A DNA stretch of 64,000 nucleotides from Mobula hypostoma (taxonomy: Eukaryota), in the NCBI RefSeq assembly GCF_963921235.1, contig NC_086109.1, positions 2,418,001-2,482,000 of the forward strand. Direction: 5' to 3'. The position numbers and the translations under genes were made by a program. Under the pieces are notes generated by a model. That model worked only from the letters and a program-made list of their open reading frames with translations, had not been told where the DNA came from and ran no database searches. Below, piece after piece: positions 35,498 through 49,929 of the stretch (positions are counted from its first letter, which is position 1; each line of letters opens with the position of its first letter).

Positions 35498-36389
35498 AGC
35501 CAGCTTTCCAGAGACACCCAGTATAAGGGGGTTTCAGAGGTATACAAAATTGTAAGAGGTATAGATAGAGTAAATGCAAGCAGGCTTTTTCCACTGAGGT
35601 TGGGTGGGACTACAAATGGAGGTCATGAGTTAAGGGTGAAAGGTGAAAAGTTTAAGGGGAGCTTGAGGGAAACCTCCTTCACTCAGAGGACTGTGAGAGT
35701 GTGGAATAAGCTGGCAGCACAGGTGGTTCATGCAAACTCAATTTCAACGTTTAAGAAAAGTTTGGATTGGTACATGGATGGTAGGGGAATTGAGTTGTTT
35801 GGTCCCAGTGCAGGTCGATGGGAATAGGCAGTTTAAATGGTTTCAGCATGGCCTCAGGCCTGTTTCTGTGCTCTGTGACAATATGACCCTTTTTCTCTCC
35901 ATCTGGCCCATATCCTTTTGAACATTTCCTATCAAGCAGACTGAGGAGACTGCAGACGCTGGACTCTGGAGCAACACAAAATGCTGGAGGAACTCCGCAT
36001 GTCAGACAGCATCTGTGGGGAGAAATGGACAGATGATGTCTCCTCTCTCACGGTGAAATGGAGACACATCTTTTTCCCTTATTAGGGAGAGAGAGAGCCT
36101 ATGGAATGTTGATTTATCGGGTGAACGAGTGGTCTTTGAGGTACTGCAAGTCTGTGTCTTTATTGATGCTGAGTGCTCGGTAGAGGATGCTGATGCAGTA
36201 TTTTTGTTAGTGGGGGAGGGAGGTGTTGTTGCCTTGCTGCTGCTTGTGTGTGGGAGGGGGAGATGGGGGTGCTGTGGGGTACTAACGTTTAACTGTCATT
36301 CATCCTTTGGGGCACTCCTCTGTTTGCCTGGATGGTTGCGTAGAAAAAGAATTTCAAGATGTATATTGTATACATTTCTCTGAAATGAA

Positions 36390-37015
36390 ATGTAACGACT
36401 GAAACTGTTGATGTTTCAGGTTGAGACTCTCCATCTGGATTGAGGGAAAGTGAAAATGGCCAGCGTAGAGAGATGCGGCAGGGGTGGGGGTGGGGGGTGA
36501 AGGGAGTGGCACGAATGGGCAGGTGATGGGCGGATCCAGCTGTTGTGGGGGAGGTGATAGGCCGATGGGGAAAGGAGTGACACCAGCATCTGGCAGATGA
36601 TTGGTGAAAGTGAAGGTGATGGGATCTGATTGGAAAGGAAGCAGCACGCGGATTAAAGAGAGGGAACTGTGGAGGGCAGAGGGGGCATTAGGGGGAAAGG
36701 TAATGTGTAGGTGATAGGCAGATGGTGGAGTTAGAGGAGGGGAAAGAGATATAGCGATGGGATCAAGGTAGATCAAGATGTGAAGACAGTACACAAAGGA
36801 GGACCAGCTTACCTGAAACTGAAGAATTCACTGTTAATGCTGACAGTCTGTGATCTACACAGGCATAATATTAGCTGCTGTTTCTCTCGTCTGCCTTCTT
36901 ATCAGGAACCTTCACAGCTTCCCTCCACCAATCATGATTTTATAAATGTCACAAGATCACCTTCAGGTTTCCAAGCCCCAGAAGAAAAATGTCAAGTCTA
37001 TCCAGTCTTTCCGTA
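36390..37015 (-). mobile_element. Degenerate Penelope 3' fragment
   Basis: Purine-rich 3' UTR and GIY-YIG-end remnants similar to 54640-55030. Degenerate hammerhead near 36400-36445. Confidence 0.55.
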
Positions 37016-37019
37016 TAAT

Positions 37020-38885
37020 TCAAGAGCCAGAGCCAGAAGGGGCCATGGCAGACAAGATGAAGGAAACCCCCAAGGCATTCTACAAGTTTGCGAAGAGCAG
37101 GAGTATAAGACATGAGAGAATAGGGTAAATCAAGTGTGACAGTGGAAAAGTGTGTCTGGGACCCGAGGAGATAGCAGAGGTACTTAATGAATACTTTGCT
37201 TCAGTATTCAGTATGGAAAAGAAACTTGATGATTTTAGGGATGACTTACAATGGACTGAAAAGCTTGAGCTTGTAGATATTAAGGAATAGGAGGTGTTGG
37301 AGCTTTTGGAAAGCATCAAGTTGGATAAATGACCAGGACCGGATGAGATATACCCCAGGCTACTCTGGGAAGTGAGGGATGAGTTTGCTGAGCTTCTGGC
37401 AATAATCTTTGCATCATTAATGAGTACGGGAGAGATTCTGGAGAATTGGAGGGTTACAGATGTTGTTCCTTTATTCACGAAAGGGAGAAGAGATAGCCCA
37501 GGAAATTATAGACCAGTGAGTCTTACTTCAGTGGTTGGTAAGTTGACAGAGAAGATCCTGAGAAGCAGGATTTATGAACATTTGGAGAGGCATAATATGA
37601 TTAGGAATAGTCAGTATGGCTTTGTCAAAGGCAGGTCGTACCTTATGAGCCTGATTGAATTTTTTGAGGATGTGACTAAACACATTGATGAAGGTTGAGC
37701 ATTAGATCCAGAGTAATGGATTTCAGCAAGGCATTTGATAAGGTACCCCATGCAAGGCTTATTGAGAAAGTAAGGAGGCATGAGTTCCAAGGGGACGTTG
37801 CTTTGTGGATCCAGAATTGGTTTGCCCACAGAAGGCAAAGAGTGGCTGTAGACGGGTCATATTCTGCATGGAGATCGGTGACCAGTGGTGTGCCTCAGGG
37901 ATCTGTTCTGGGACCCCTACTCTTCCTGATTTTTGTAAATGACCTGGATGAGGAAGGGGAGGGACGTGTTAGTAAATTTGCTGATGACACAAAGATTGAG
38001 AGTATTGTGGATAGTGTGGAGGGCTGTCAGAGGTTACAGCAGGACATCGATGGGATGGAAAACTAGGCTGAGAAGTGGCAGATGGAGTTCGACCCAGATA
38101 AGTGTGAGGTGGTTCATTTTGGTAGGTCAAATATGATGACAGAATATAGTATTAATGGTAAGACTTTTGGCAGTGTGGAGGATCAGAGGGATCTTGGGGT
38201 CCGGATCCATTGGACACTCAAAGCTGCTACACAGGTTGACTCTGTGGTTAAAAAGGCATACGATGCATTGGCCTTCATCAATCGTATGATTGACTTTAAG
38301 AGCTGAGAGGTAATGTTGCAACTATCTAGGACCCTGGTCAGACCCCACTTGGAGTACTGTGTTCAGTTCTGGTCATCTCACTACAAGAAGGATGTGGAAA
38401 CTATAGAAATGGTGCAGAGGAGATTTATAAGGATGTTGATGGACTGGGGGGCATGCCTTATGAGAATAGGTTGAGTGGACTTCGCCTTTTCTCCTTGGAG
38501 CATAGGAGGATGAGGGGTGAACTGATAGAGGTGTACAAGATGATGAGAGACATTAATCGTGTGGATAGTTAGAGGCTTCTTCCCAGGGCTGAAATGTTTA
38601 AAACGAGAGGTCATAGTTTTAAGGTGCTTGGAAGCTGGTACAAGAGGAGATGTCAGGGGTAAGTTTTTTACGCAGAGAGTGGTGATTGTGTGGAATGAGT
38701 AGCCGGCGACGGTGGTGGAGACAGATACGATTGGGTCTTTTAAGAGACTCCTGGACAGGTACGTGGAGCTGCAAAAAATAGAGGGCTATGAGCAACTCTG
38801 AGGTAAGGACAGATGTTCGGCACAGCTTTGTGGGCTGAAGTGCCTGTGTTGTGCGATAGGTTTTCTATGTTTCTATGTCTATGTA
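37020..38885 (+). mobile_element. 5'-truncated CR1 (RT) with several stops, ending in a (TTTCTATG)n tail
   Basis: ORFs 37372-37698, 37695-38066 and 38082-38306 are consecutive RT pieces (NYRPVSLTSVVGK, DFSKAFDKVPH, SKFADDTK). Confidence 0.92.
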
Positions 38886-40049
38886 AATATGTGATTTCGA
38901 ATCCAATAGGGAATGTTGTATTAGGGTGTAGAATTGTAAACATTCTTGTGGTTTAACTTAATCGCATACTTGCTTATATTTATAGATAATCACATGCATC
39001 CATAAAATAGATCTGTGAATTTTCCAGTAAATATGGCACAGTTGCTTCATAGGTATTGGTTTTCAGTAGCAATTGTGACGCTACATAACTGTTGCTGTTT
39101 TATAGGTTAATTGTTATGAATTGTTTTACTCTAGTCTGAGTATAAGACCACAACTTTTTTTTGATTGGTCTTTTCTTTATTCTTTTAATTATTATTTTGC
39201 TTTTGTAACACTTAACAATTCGATCAAAACCAATGTTTTATGCCTTATTCTTCATTTCCAAAGAACCTTCGATTTGCAAATGAATCATGATCCAGCAATA
39301 GGGTGACCCCGAGCTCATCTTTTAGGTATCATTGTAAGAGTCTGATAACTCTTGTAATAAACACACACAAAATGCTGGAGGAACTCAGTGCAGAGTTCCT
39401 CTAGTATTTTGTGTAGATCCTGCCTGGCCTGCTGAGCTCTTCCAACATTTTCTGTGTGTTGCTTGGATTTCCAGCATCGGCAGATTTCATCTTGATTGTA
39501 ACTCTTGTGATAACCGTCTTTGAGCCTGCTTGGGTGTGTCTGTTATGTCTGCTGTCATATAGGAGAGGGGAATCACACACTCAGCGATTCAGGAACAGCT
39601 TCTTCCCCTCTTCCATTCGAGTCCTAAATCGACATTGAATCTTTGGACACTACCTCACTTTTTGAATATACAGTATTTCTGTTTTGGCACTTTTTAAAAT
39701 TCGATTCAATATATGTATACAATAATTGATTTACTTGTTTAGTTATTACTATTTTTATTATTTGTATTTTATTTTATATTTTTTCTCTGCTAGATTATGT
39801 ATTGCATTGAACTGTCACTGCTAAGTTAACAAATTTCACATCACATGCCGGTGATAATGAACTTGTTTCTGTGAAGAGAGAATATCCAGTGTAATGGTGT
39901 GCGCTGACAAACCACTGAACCCAGATACGAAGAAACAACAAAATCCCTTTTGTGCTCTAGGATTTTCTATGCTTCTATGTTTCCAACCCTTCCGTCCGAA
40001 TAAGAGCTGCATAAATGCATTCTGCACCTTTTTCAATTTAATGACATCC

Positions 40050-40830
40050 TTCCATATACCTAGGTGATCAGGACTACACACTATATGACTATAACACCAC
40101 AGATACAGGAGCAGAGTTACGTTATTTGTCCCGCTGAGTCTGCTTCGCCATTTCATTATGGCTAATTGATTTCCCTCCACCCCAGTCTCCTGCCTTCTCT
40201 CTATATCCTTTCATACCCTGGCTAATCAAGACTTTATCAACCTCCACTTTAAATTTATCCCATGACTTGGCCTCCACAGCTACCTGTGGCAATTAAATTC
40301 CACAAATTCACCACTCTCTGACTAAAGAAATTGCTCATCATCTCCGTTCTAAATGGATTGGTCTTAATTGCCAGGCTGTATCCTTTGGTCTCAGACTCCC
40401 TCACCATCGTAAACATCCTCTCCGCATCCATGTTATCGAGGCCTTTCAACATTAGATAGGTTGCAATGAGTTTCTCTTCATTCTTCTGAACTCCAGTGAG
40501 TACAGGCCCAGAGCCTTCACATGCTTCTCAGATGAAAAACCTTTCAATCCCGAAATCATTTTCGTGAGCCTCCTTTAAACCTTCACCAACGTTAGGACAT
40601 GCTTTCTTAGGAAAGGAGCCCAAAACTTCTCACAATACTCCATGTGAGGCCTCTCCAGTTCTTTATAAAGCCTTAACAACACCTAGGTGGTTCACATCTA
40701 CATCAGTTTTAACATGATACCCCAACTCCTGCCGCAGTGATCCAACTGATGAAGGCAAGTGTGCCAAATGCTTTCTTCGTTATCCTGTACTGCTGCCACT
40801 TTCAGGGAGCTATATCTTTGTACCCCTAGC
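40050..40830 (-). mobile_element. Degenerate CR1 3' fragment
   Basis: LKGLDNMDAERMF..NFFSQRVVNLWN motif. Confidence 0.75.
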
Positions 40831-40839
40831 TCTCTCTGT

Positions 40840-42417
40840 CCCCAGGGGCAGATGGTCTGCACCCCAGAGTGCTTAAGGAAATAGCCCAAGAAATAGTGGA
40901 TGCATTAGTGATAATTTTTCAAAACTCATTAGATTCTGGACTAGTTCCCGAGGATTGAAGGGTAGCTAATGTAACCCCGCTTTTTAAAAAAGGAGGGAGA
41001 GAGAAACCGGGGAATTATAGACTGGTTAGCCTAACATCGGTGGTGGGGAAAATTCTAGAGTCAGTTATCAAAGATATGATAACAGCACATTTGGAAAGCG
41101 GTGAAATCATCGGACAAAGTCAGCATGGATTTGTGAAAGGAAAATCATGTCTGACGAATCTCATAGAATTTTTTGTGGATGTCACTAGCGGAGTGGATAG
41201 GGGAGAACCAGTGGATTTGGTATATTTGGATTTTCAAAAGGCTTTTGACAGGGTCCCACACAGGAGATTAGTGTGCAAACTTAAAGTACACGGTATTGTG
41301 GATAAGGTATTGATGTGGATAGAGAATTGGTTGGCAGACAGGAAGGAGAGAGTGGGAATAAACGGGACCCTTTCCAGAATGGCAGGCAGTGACTAGTGGG
41401 GTACCGCAAGGCTCAGTGCTGGGACCCCAGATGTTTACAATATATATTAATGACTTGGATGAGGGAATTAAATGCAGCATCTCCAAGTTTGCGGATGACA
41501 CAAAGTTGGGCGGCTGTGTTAGCTGTGAGGAGGATGCTAAGAGGATGCAGGGTGACTTGGATCGGTTTGGTGAGTGGGCAAATTCATGGCAGATGCAATT
41601 TAATGTAGATAAATGTGATGTTATCCACTTTGGTGGCAAATACAGGAAAACAGATTATTATCTGAATGGTGGCCGATTAGGAAAAGGGGAGGTGCAATGA
41701 GACCTGCGTGTCATTATACACCAGTCATTGAAAGTGGGCATGCAGGTACAGCAGGCGGTGAAAAAGGCGAATGTTATGCTGGCATTCATAGCAAGAGGAT
41801 TCGAGTGCAGGAGCAGGGAGGTACTACTGCGGTTGTACGGCCTTGGTGAGACCACACCTGGAGTATTGTGTGCAGTTTTGGTCCCCTAATCTGAGGAAAG
41901 ACATTCTTGCCATAGAGGGAATACAAAGAAGGTTCACCAGATTGATTCCTGGGATGGCAGGACTTTCATATGATGAAAGACTGGATCGACTAGGCTTATA
42001 CTCATTGGAATTTAGAAGATTGAGGGAGGAACTTATCGAAATGTATAAATTCCGAAAGGGATTGGACAGGCTAGATGCAGGAAGATTGTTCCCAATGTTG
42101 GGGAAGTCCAGAACGAGGGGTCACAGTTTGAGGATAAAGGGGAAGCCTTTTAGGACCGAGATTAGGAAAAACTGCTTCACACAGAGAGTGGTGAATCTGT
42201 GGAATTCTCTGCCACAGGAAATAGTTGAGGCCAGTTCATTGGCTATATTTAAGAGGGAGTTAGATATGGCCCTTGTGGCTAAAGGGATCAGGGGGTATGG
42301 AGGGAAGGCTGGTGCAGGGTTCTGAGTTGGATGATCAGCCATGATCATACTGAATGGCTTTGCAGGCTCGAAGGGCTGAATGGTCTACTCCTGCACCTAT
42401 TTTCTATGTTTCTATGT
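40840..42417 (+). mobile_element. Young 5'-truncated CR1, family B (8-bp TTTCTATG tail)
   Basis: ORFs 41040-41396, 41389-41700 and 41843-42325 are RT pieces nearly identical to the minus-strand copy at 46320-47880. Confidence 0.95.
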
Positions 42418-42479
42418 CCAAGGCTTGCCTTTTGCTGTATATATTATTGTCTGGTTTAACTTCCCAAACTACAACACTT

Positions 42480-43070
42480 TGCACTTATCTAAGTACAGGA
42501 AGTAGACAGAGCACCAAGTGAAATGGGGTCATAACAACAACCTATCCCTCAATGCCATCAAAGCAAAAGAGTTGTTCATTGATTTCAGGATGAAGCAGTG
42601 CACAGACTGCATCAATGTTGTAGAGGTTGTGAAGGTTGAGACCTTCATGTTCTTAGGAGTGAACATCAACATCCTATCCTGCTCTAACCATGTGGACACA
42701 ATGGCCAAGAAACCTCACCAACTCCTCTACTTCCGTAACAGACTGAAAATCTTCGGCATTTTCCCCTTGCCGAGTTTTATTAATGAGCTATAGAAAGTAT
42801 ATTATCTGGATGCACCACTTCTTGGTCTGGGAACTGCTCTGCGTATGACTGAAAGAAACTGCAGATAATCGTGGACATGTCTCAGTTTACGATGGAAACC
42901 CCACCCCTCCATAAACTCTGTTTACATTTCTTGCTGCTTTTGTAATGCAGCCAACTCACCTCAGATATGCTCTCTTCACCACAATGCCCCTCCCAAATCA
43001 GGCAGATAATAAAAGCCCAAAAAAGCATACCACCAGGCTGAAGGATAACTTCTGTCAACGATATCATTAT
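42480..43070 (+). mobile_element. Rex1/Babar-type LINE fragment
   Basis: NNLSLNAIKAKELFIDFR..FLGVNI..SNHVDTMAKKPHQLLYF. Confidence 0.75.
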
Positions 43071-43195
43071 CATCATCACTGTGTGCCGTGTTGTATGATG
43101 TGGGCGATCATGGTTTTTGACCATGATTGTTCTTGGCAATATTTTCTACAGAAGTGGCTTGTCATTGCCTTCTTCTGGACAGTATTTTTAGAAGA

Positions 43196-46100
43196 GCAGG
43201 AACAGGGTTTTAGATTTTTAGATCATTGGGATCTCTTCTGGGGAATGTGGGACCTGTACAGATTGGATGGGTTGCACCTGAACTCAAGGGGGAGCAATAT
43301 CCTTGCAGGTAGGTTTGCTAACATGGTTCGGGAGGGTTTAAACTAATTTGCGAGGGGCATGGGACCCAGAGCGATAGAGCAGTGAAACAAGTGCATGAAG
43401 TGAAGCCAGATCTAACATACAGAGAGGCTTTGAGGAAAGAGAAGCAGAATAAACGGTGTAAAGACTGTAAGGTAGAAGGGCTGAAATGTGTGTATCTCAA
43501 TGCTAGAAGCATCAGGAACAAAGGTGATGAACTGAGAGCTTGGATATATACATGGAATTATGATGTAGTGGCCATTACAGAGACTTGGCCGGCACCAGGG
43601 CAGGAATGGATTCTCAATATTCCTGGATTTCAGTGCTTTAAAAGGGACAGAGAGGGCGGAAAAAGGGGAGGAGGGGTAGCATTACTGGTCAGGGATACTA
43701 TTACAGCTACAGAAAGGCTGGGTAATGTAGCAGGATCTTCTTTTGAGTCAATATGGGTGGAATTCAGGAACAGGAAGGGAGCAGTTACTCTACTGGGGGT
43801 ATTCTATAGGTCCCCTGGTAGCAGCAGAGATACAGAGGAGCAGATTGGGAGGCAGATTTTGGAAAGGTGCAAAAATAACAGGTTTGTTGTCATGGGTGAC
43901 TTTAACTTCCCAAATATTGATTGGCACCTGATTAGTTCCAAGGGTTTAGATGGGGCAGAATTTGTTAAGTGTGTCCAGGATGGATTCCTGTCACAGTATG
44001 TGGACAGGCTGACCAGGGGGAATGCCATACTAGATCTAGTACCAGGTAATGAACCGGGTCAGGTCACAGATCTCTCAGTGGGTGAGCATCTGGGGGACAG
44101 TGACCACCGCTCCCTGGCCTTTATAATTATCATGGAAAAGGATAGGATCAGAGAGGACAGGAAAATTTTTAATTGGGGAAAGGCAAATTATGAGGCTATA
44201 AGGCTAGAACTTGCGGGTGTGAATTGGGATGATGTTTTTGCAGGGAAATGTACCATGGACATGCGGTCGATATTTAGAGATCTCTTGCGGGATGTTAGGG
44301 ATAAATTTGTCCCGGTGAGGAAGATAAAGAATAGTAGGGTGAAGGAACCATGGGTGACAAGTGAGGTGGAAAATCTAGTTAGGAGAAAAAAGGCAGCATA
44401 CATGAGGTTTAGGAAGCAAGGATCAGATGGGTCTATTGAGGAATATAGGGAAGCAAGACAGGAGCTTAAGAAGGGGCTGAGAAGAGCAAGAAGGGGGCAT
44501 GAGAAGGCCTTGGCAAGTAGGGTAAAGGAAAACACCAAGGCATTCTTCAATTATGTGAAGAAAAAAAGGATGACAGGAGTGAAGGTAGGACCAATTAGAG
44601 ATAAAGGTGGGAAGATGTGCCTGGAGACTGTGGAAGTGAGCGAGGTCCTCAATGAATATTTCTCTTCAGTATTCATCAATGAGAGGGAACTTGATGATGG
44701 TGAGGACAATATGAGTGAGGTTGATGTTCTGGAGCATGTTGATATTAAGGGAGAGGAGGTGTTGGAGTTGTTAAAATACATTAGGACAGATAAGTCCCCG
44801 GGGCCTGACGGAATATTCCCCAGGCTGCTCCACGAGGCGAGAGAAGAGATTGCTGAGCCTCTCGCTAGGATCTTTATGTCCATGTTGTCCACGGGAATGG
44901 TACTGGAGGATTGGACGGAGGCGAATGTTGTCCCCTTGTTCAAAAAGGTAGTAGAGATAGTCCGGGTAATTTGGACCCGTGAGCCTTACGTCTGTGGTGG
45001 GAAAGCTGTCGAAAAAGATTCTTAGACATAGAATCTATAGGCATTTAGAGAATCATGGTCTGATCAGGGACAGTCAGCATGGCTTTGTGGAGGGCAGATC
45101 CTGTCTAACCAGTCTGATAGAGTTCTTTGAGGAGGTGACCAGGCATATAGATGTGGGTAGTGCAGTGGATGTGATCTATATGGATTTTAGTAAGGCATTT
45201 GACAAGGTTCCACATGGTAGGCTTATTCAGAAAGTTAGAAGGCATGGGATCCAGGGAAGTTTGGCCAGGTGGATTCAGAATTGGCTTCCCTGCAGAAGGC
45301 AGAGGGTCGTGGTGGAGGGAGTACATTCAGATTGGAGGATTGTGACTAGTGGTGTCCCACAAGGATCTGTTCTGGGACCTCTACTTTTCGTGATTTTTAT
45401 TAACGACCTGGATGTTGGGGTAGAAGGGTGGGTTGGCAAGTTTGCAGATGACACAAAGGTTGGTGGTGTTGTAGATAGTGTAGAGGATTGTCGAAAATTG
45501 CAGAGAGACATTGATAGGATACAGAAGTGGGCTGAGAAGTGGCAGATGGAGTTCAACCCGGAGAAGTGTGAGGTGGTACACTTTGGAAGGACAAACTCCA
45601 AGGCAGAGTACAAAGTAAATGGCAGGATACTTGGTAGTGTGGAGGAGCAGAGGGATCTCGGGGTACATGTCCACAGATCCCTGAAAGTTGCCTTACAGGT
45701 GGATAGGGTAGTTAAGAAAGCTTATGGGGTGTTAGCTTTCATAAGTCGAGGGATAGAGTTTAAGAGTCGCGATGTAATGATGCAGCTCTATAAAACTCTG
45801 GTTAGGCCACACTTGGAGTATTGTGTCCAGTTCTGGTTACCTCACTATAGGAAGGATGTGGAAGCATTGGAAAGGGTACAGAGGAGGTTTACCAGGATGC
45901 TGCCTGGTTTAGAAAGTATGCATTATGATCAGAGATTAAGGGAGCTCGGGCTTTACTCTTTGGAAAGAAGGAGGATGAGAGGAGATGTGATAGAGGTGTC
46001 CAAGATAATAAGAGGAATAGATAGAGTGGATAGACAGCGCCTCTTCCCCAGGGCACCACTGCTCAATACAAGAGGACATGGCTTTAAGGTAAGGGGTGGG

Positions 46101-48420
46101 AAGTTCAAGGGGGATATTAGAGGAAGGTTTTTTACTCAGAGAGTGGTTGGTGCGTGCAATGCACTGCCTGAGTCAGTGGTGGAGGCAGATACACTAGTGA
46201 AGTTTAAGAGACTACTAGACAGGTATATGGAGGAATCTAAGGTGGGGGCTTATATGGGAGGCAGGCTTTGAGGGTCGGCACAACATTGTGGGCCGAATGA
46301 CCTGTACTGTGCTGTACTAGAAACATAGAAACATAGAAAATAGGTGCAGGGGTAGGCCATTCGGCCCTTCGAGCCTGCACTGCCATTTATTATGATCATG
46401 GCTGATCATCCAACTCAGAACCCCGCCCCAGCCTTCCATCCATACCCGCTGATCCCCGTAGCCACAAACGCCATATCTAACTCCCTCTTAAATATAGCCA
46501 ATGAACTGGCCTCAACTGTTTCCTGTGGCAGAGAATTCCACAGATTCACCACTCTCTGTGTGAAGAAGTTTTTCCTAATCTCGGTCCTAAAAGGCTTCCC
46601 CTCTATCCTCAAACTGCGACCCCCTGTTCTGGACTTCCCCAACATCGGGAACAATCTTCCTGCATCTAAACTGTCCAATCCCTTTAGGATTTTATACGTT
46701 TCAATCAGATCCCCCCTCAATCTTCTAAATTCCAACAAGTACAAGCCCAGTTCATCCAGTCGTTCTTCATATGAAAGTCCTGCCATCCCAGGAATCAATC
46801 TGGTGAACCTTCTTTGTACTCCCTCTATGGCAAGGATGTCTTTCCTCAGATTAGGGGACCAAAACTGCACACAATACTCCAGGTGTGGTCTCACCAAGTC
46901 TTTGTACAACTGCAGTAGTACCTCCCTGCTCCTGTACTCGAATCCTCTCGCTATAAATGCCAGCATACCATTCGCCTTTTTCACCGCCTGCTGTACCTGC
47001 ATGCCCACTTTCAATGACTGGTGTATAATGACACCCAGGTCTTGTTGCACCTCCCCTTTTCCTAATCGGCCACCATTCAGATAATAATCTGTTTTCCTAT
47101 TTTTGCCACCAAAGTGGATAACACATTTATCCACATTAAATTGCATCTGCCATGAATTTGCCCACTTACCCAACCTATCCAAGTCACTCTGCATCCTCTT
47201 AGCATACTCCTCAGAGCTAACACTGCCACCCAGCTTCGTGTCATCCGCAAACTTGGAGATGCTGCATTTAATTCCCTCATCCAAGTCATTAATATATATT
47301 GTAAACAACTGGGGTCCCAGCACTGAGCCTTGCGGTACCCCACTAGTCACCGCCTGCCATTCTGAAAAGGTCCCATTTATTCCCACTCTTTGCTTCCTGT
47401 CTGCTAACCAATTCTCCATCCACATCAATACCTTACCCCCAATACCGCGTGCTTTAAGTTTGCACACTAATCTCCTGTGTGGGACCTTGTCAAAAGCCTT
47501 TTGAAAATCCAAATATACCACATCCACTGGGCGTCCCCTATCCACTCTACTGGTTACATCCTCAAAAAATTCTATGAGATTCGTCAGACATGATTTTCCT
47601 TTCACAAATCCATGCTGACTTTGTCCGATGATTTCACCGCTTTCCAAATGTGCTGTTATCACATCTTTGATAACTGACTCCAGCCGTTTCCCCACCACCG
47701 ACGTTAGGCTAACCGGTCTATAATTCCCCAGTTTCTCTCTCTCTCCTTTTTTAAAAAGTGGGGTAAAATTAGCCACCCTCCAATCCTCAGGAACTAGTCC
47801 AGAATCTAACGAGTTTTGAAAAATTATCACTAATGCATCCACTATTTCTTGGGCTACTTCTTTAAGCACTCTAGGATGCAGACCATCTGGCCCTGTGGAT
47901 TTATCTGCCTTCAATCCCTTCAATTTACCTAACACCACTTCCCTACTAACAAGTATTTCGCTCAGTTCCTCCATCTCACTGGACCCTCTGTCCCCTACTA
48001 TATCTGGAAGATTATTTATGTCCTCTTTAGTGAAGATAGAACCAAAGTAATTATTCAATTGGTCTGCCATGTCCTTGCTCCCCATAATCAATTCACCTGT
48101 TTCTGTCTGTAGGGGACCTACATTTGTCTTTACCAGTCTTTTCCTTTTTACATATCTACAAAAGCTTTTACAGTCAGTTTTTATGTTCCCTGCCAGTTTT
48201 CTCTCATAATCTTTTTTCCCCTTCCTAATTAAGCCCTTTGTCCTCCTCTGCTGAACTCTGAATTTCTCCCAGTCCTCAGGTGAGCCACTTTCTCTGGCTA
48301 ATTTGTATGCTTCTTCTTTGGAATTGATACTCTCCCTGATTTCTCTTGTCAGTCACGGGTGCACTACCTTCCTTGATTTATTCTTTTGCCAAAAGAATAC
48401 TATTCTATGTTCTATGTTCT
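43196..48420 (+). mobile_element. CR1 family A: ORF1 tail plus near-complete ORF2 (APE endonuclease and RT), interrupted in its 3' tail by a family B CR1
   Basis: ORFs 43382-45025 (APE: NARSIRNK, GDFNFP, SDH) and 44979-46271 (RT: FADD) are separated by small deletions near 44945-44975. 4-bp TSD AAGA (43192-43195, 48421-48424). Tail (TTCTATG)n. Confidence 0.95.
46320..48397 (-). mobile_element. Young 5'-truncated CR1, family B, with an intact RT ORF
   Basis: ORF 46415-48091 (558 aa RT). 5-bp TSD TACTA (46315-46319, 48398-48402). Tail (TTTCTATG)n. Confidence 0.95.
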
Positions 48421-49929
48421 AAGATGTGTGACGCCATCCATTATCAATATTCTTCAGAGATTCTCTGCCTGGAGTTAGTGGTCACATAACCAGGACTTGT
48501 GATAAGCTCCAGCTGCTCATCTGACCAACCATCGCCTGATCCCATGGCTTCACGTGAGCCTGATCAGGGCCGGAGGCCGGGGGGATGTCGCTAAGTAGAT
48601 GCTACAGCTTATCCAATGTTCACCTGCTGGCTAGTGGAGGGAAGGAGCGCCTTACACCTCCTTTGTTAGAGATTTGTTAGACCTCACCATTCACCAGCTT
48701 CTATAATACTGTTATAAGACCTCAGAACAGTTCCCATTTATAATAAGATTACAGCTTGATCTCACAATTCACCTCGCTTTGACACTGGCCACTATTGTCC
48801 ACCTGCACTGCTCTTCTCTGTAGGAGCAACACTCAATTCTGCATTCTGTTATATTTTACCCTTTACAATCTCAATGCACTTGTAATGAACTGATCTGTAT
48901 GAAGAGTATCCAGACAAGTTTTCACATTTGTACGTGAAACAATAATAAACCAATTTACCACTTTCACCACAATGAATACAAGTGAGCAGTATTCATTTCA
49001 GACCTCACCCATCTCCTGTGGCTCCACACACAGATAGTCACATTATTCCTTATTCTCCCGAGTTATTCTTGCTCTTAATTTAATTGGGGAATATTTTAGG
49101 ATTCTCTCATCTGCCAATGCTGTCCTTTTGCTCTCCTGATTCCTTCTTGTGTTCTCCTACATCCCTTTTACTCCTCAAGCGATTCACCTGATCCCAACCT
49201 ATACCTCCATGTTTTACCTTACCAGAGCCTCAAAACCCCTCTTCAACGAGAATTCCTTAACCTTACAATGTTTTTCCCTTCACTCTAACGGGAGTATACT
49301 CTCTCTGAACTCTCATTAACTTTTTTTCTACAAAGCTCTCACTTGTCAGAGTTCTTTTTACTGACAAACAGCCTCTCCTGGTCAATCACAGCCAGTTCTT
49401 GTATACCGCCGTCAGAATTAGTCTTGTCCCAATGTAGGAATGTACTGGGAAGCTGGCTGGATAAAACCCGCATGGATAACTTCACTCACCTCACCACTGA
49501 AGAGGAGAAGATATTCTTATTACTGAGAATTCAGAAATAAGAAGGGGGTGACAACATTGGATGGAATCGTACTACTGGCCTCAAGTAGTCTGTGGGAATT
49601 ACAGGACCAAATATGTAGGGAGATCACAGATAAGAGTGAAGGAACAACTGGATTTCAATAGTCGGCATTCTTAACTTCCGGAATATTGACTGGGAATACC
49701 ATAGTGCTAAGGGTTTGGATGAGGTGGAATTGGTTGTATCCAGAAAAGTTTTCTCAAACAATATGCAGATGGTGCTACAAACTAAGGGACTATAATGGAT
49801 CTCACATGAGAAGTGAGCCTGGGCAAGAGACTGAACGGTCAGTGGGGAAACACTTTGGAACAGACAGTGTAATTCTATGTTTTAAATTGTTGCAGAGAAG
49901 AGTTAGGATTGGTCCACAAGCTGGTTTGA

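Noticed and set aside
46392-47504. Long plus-strand ORFs (230 aa, 133 aa) and similar ORFs at 41268-41639, 44188-44943 and 63078-63428
   Set aside because: Antisense shadows of CR1 RT coding sequence.
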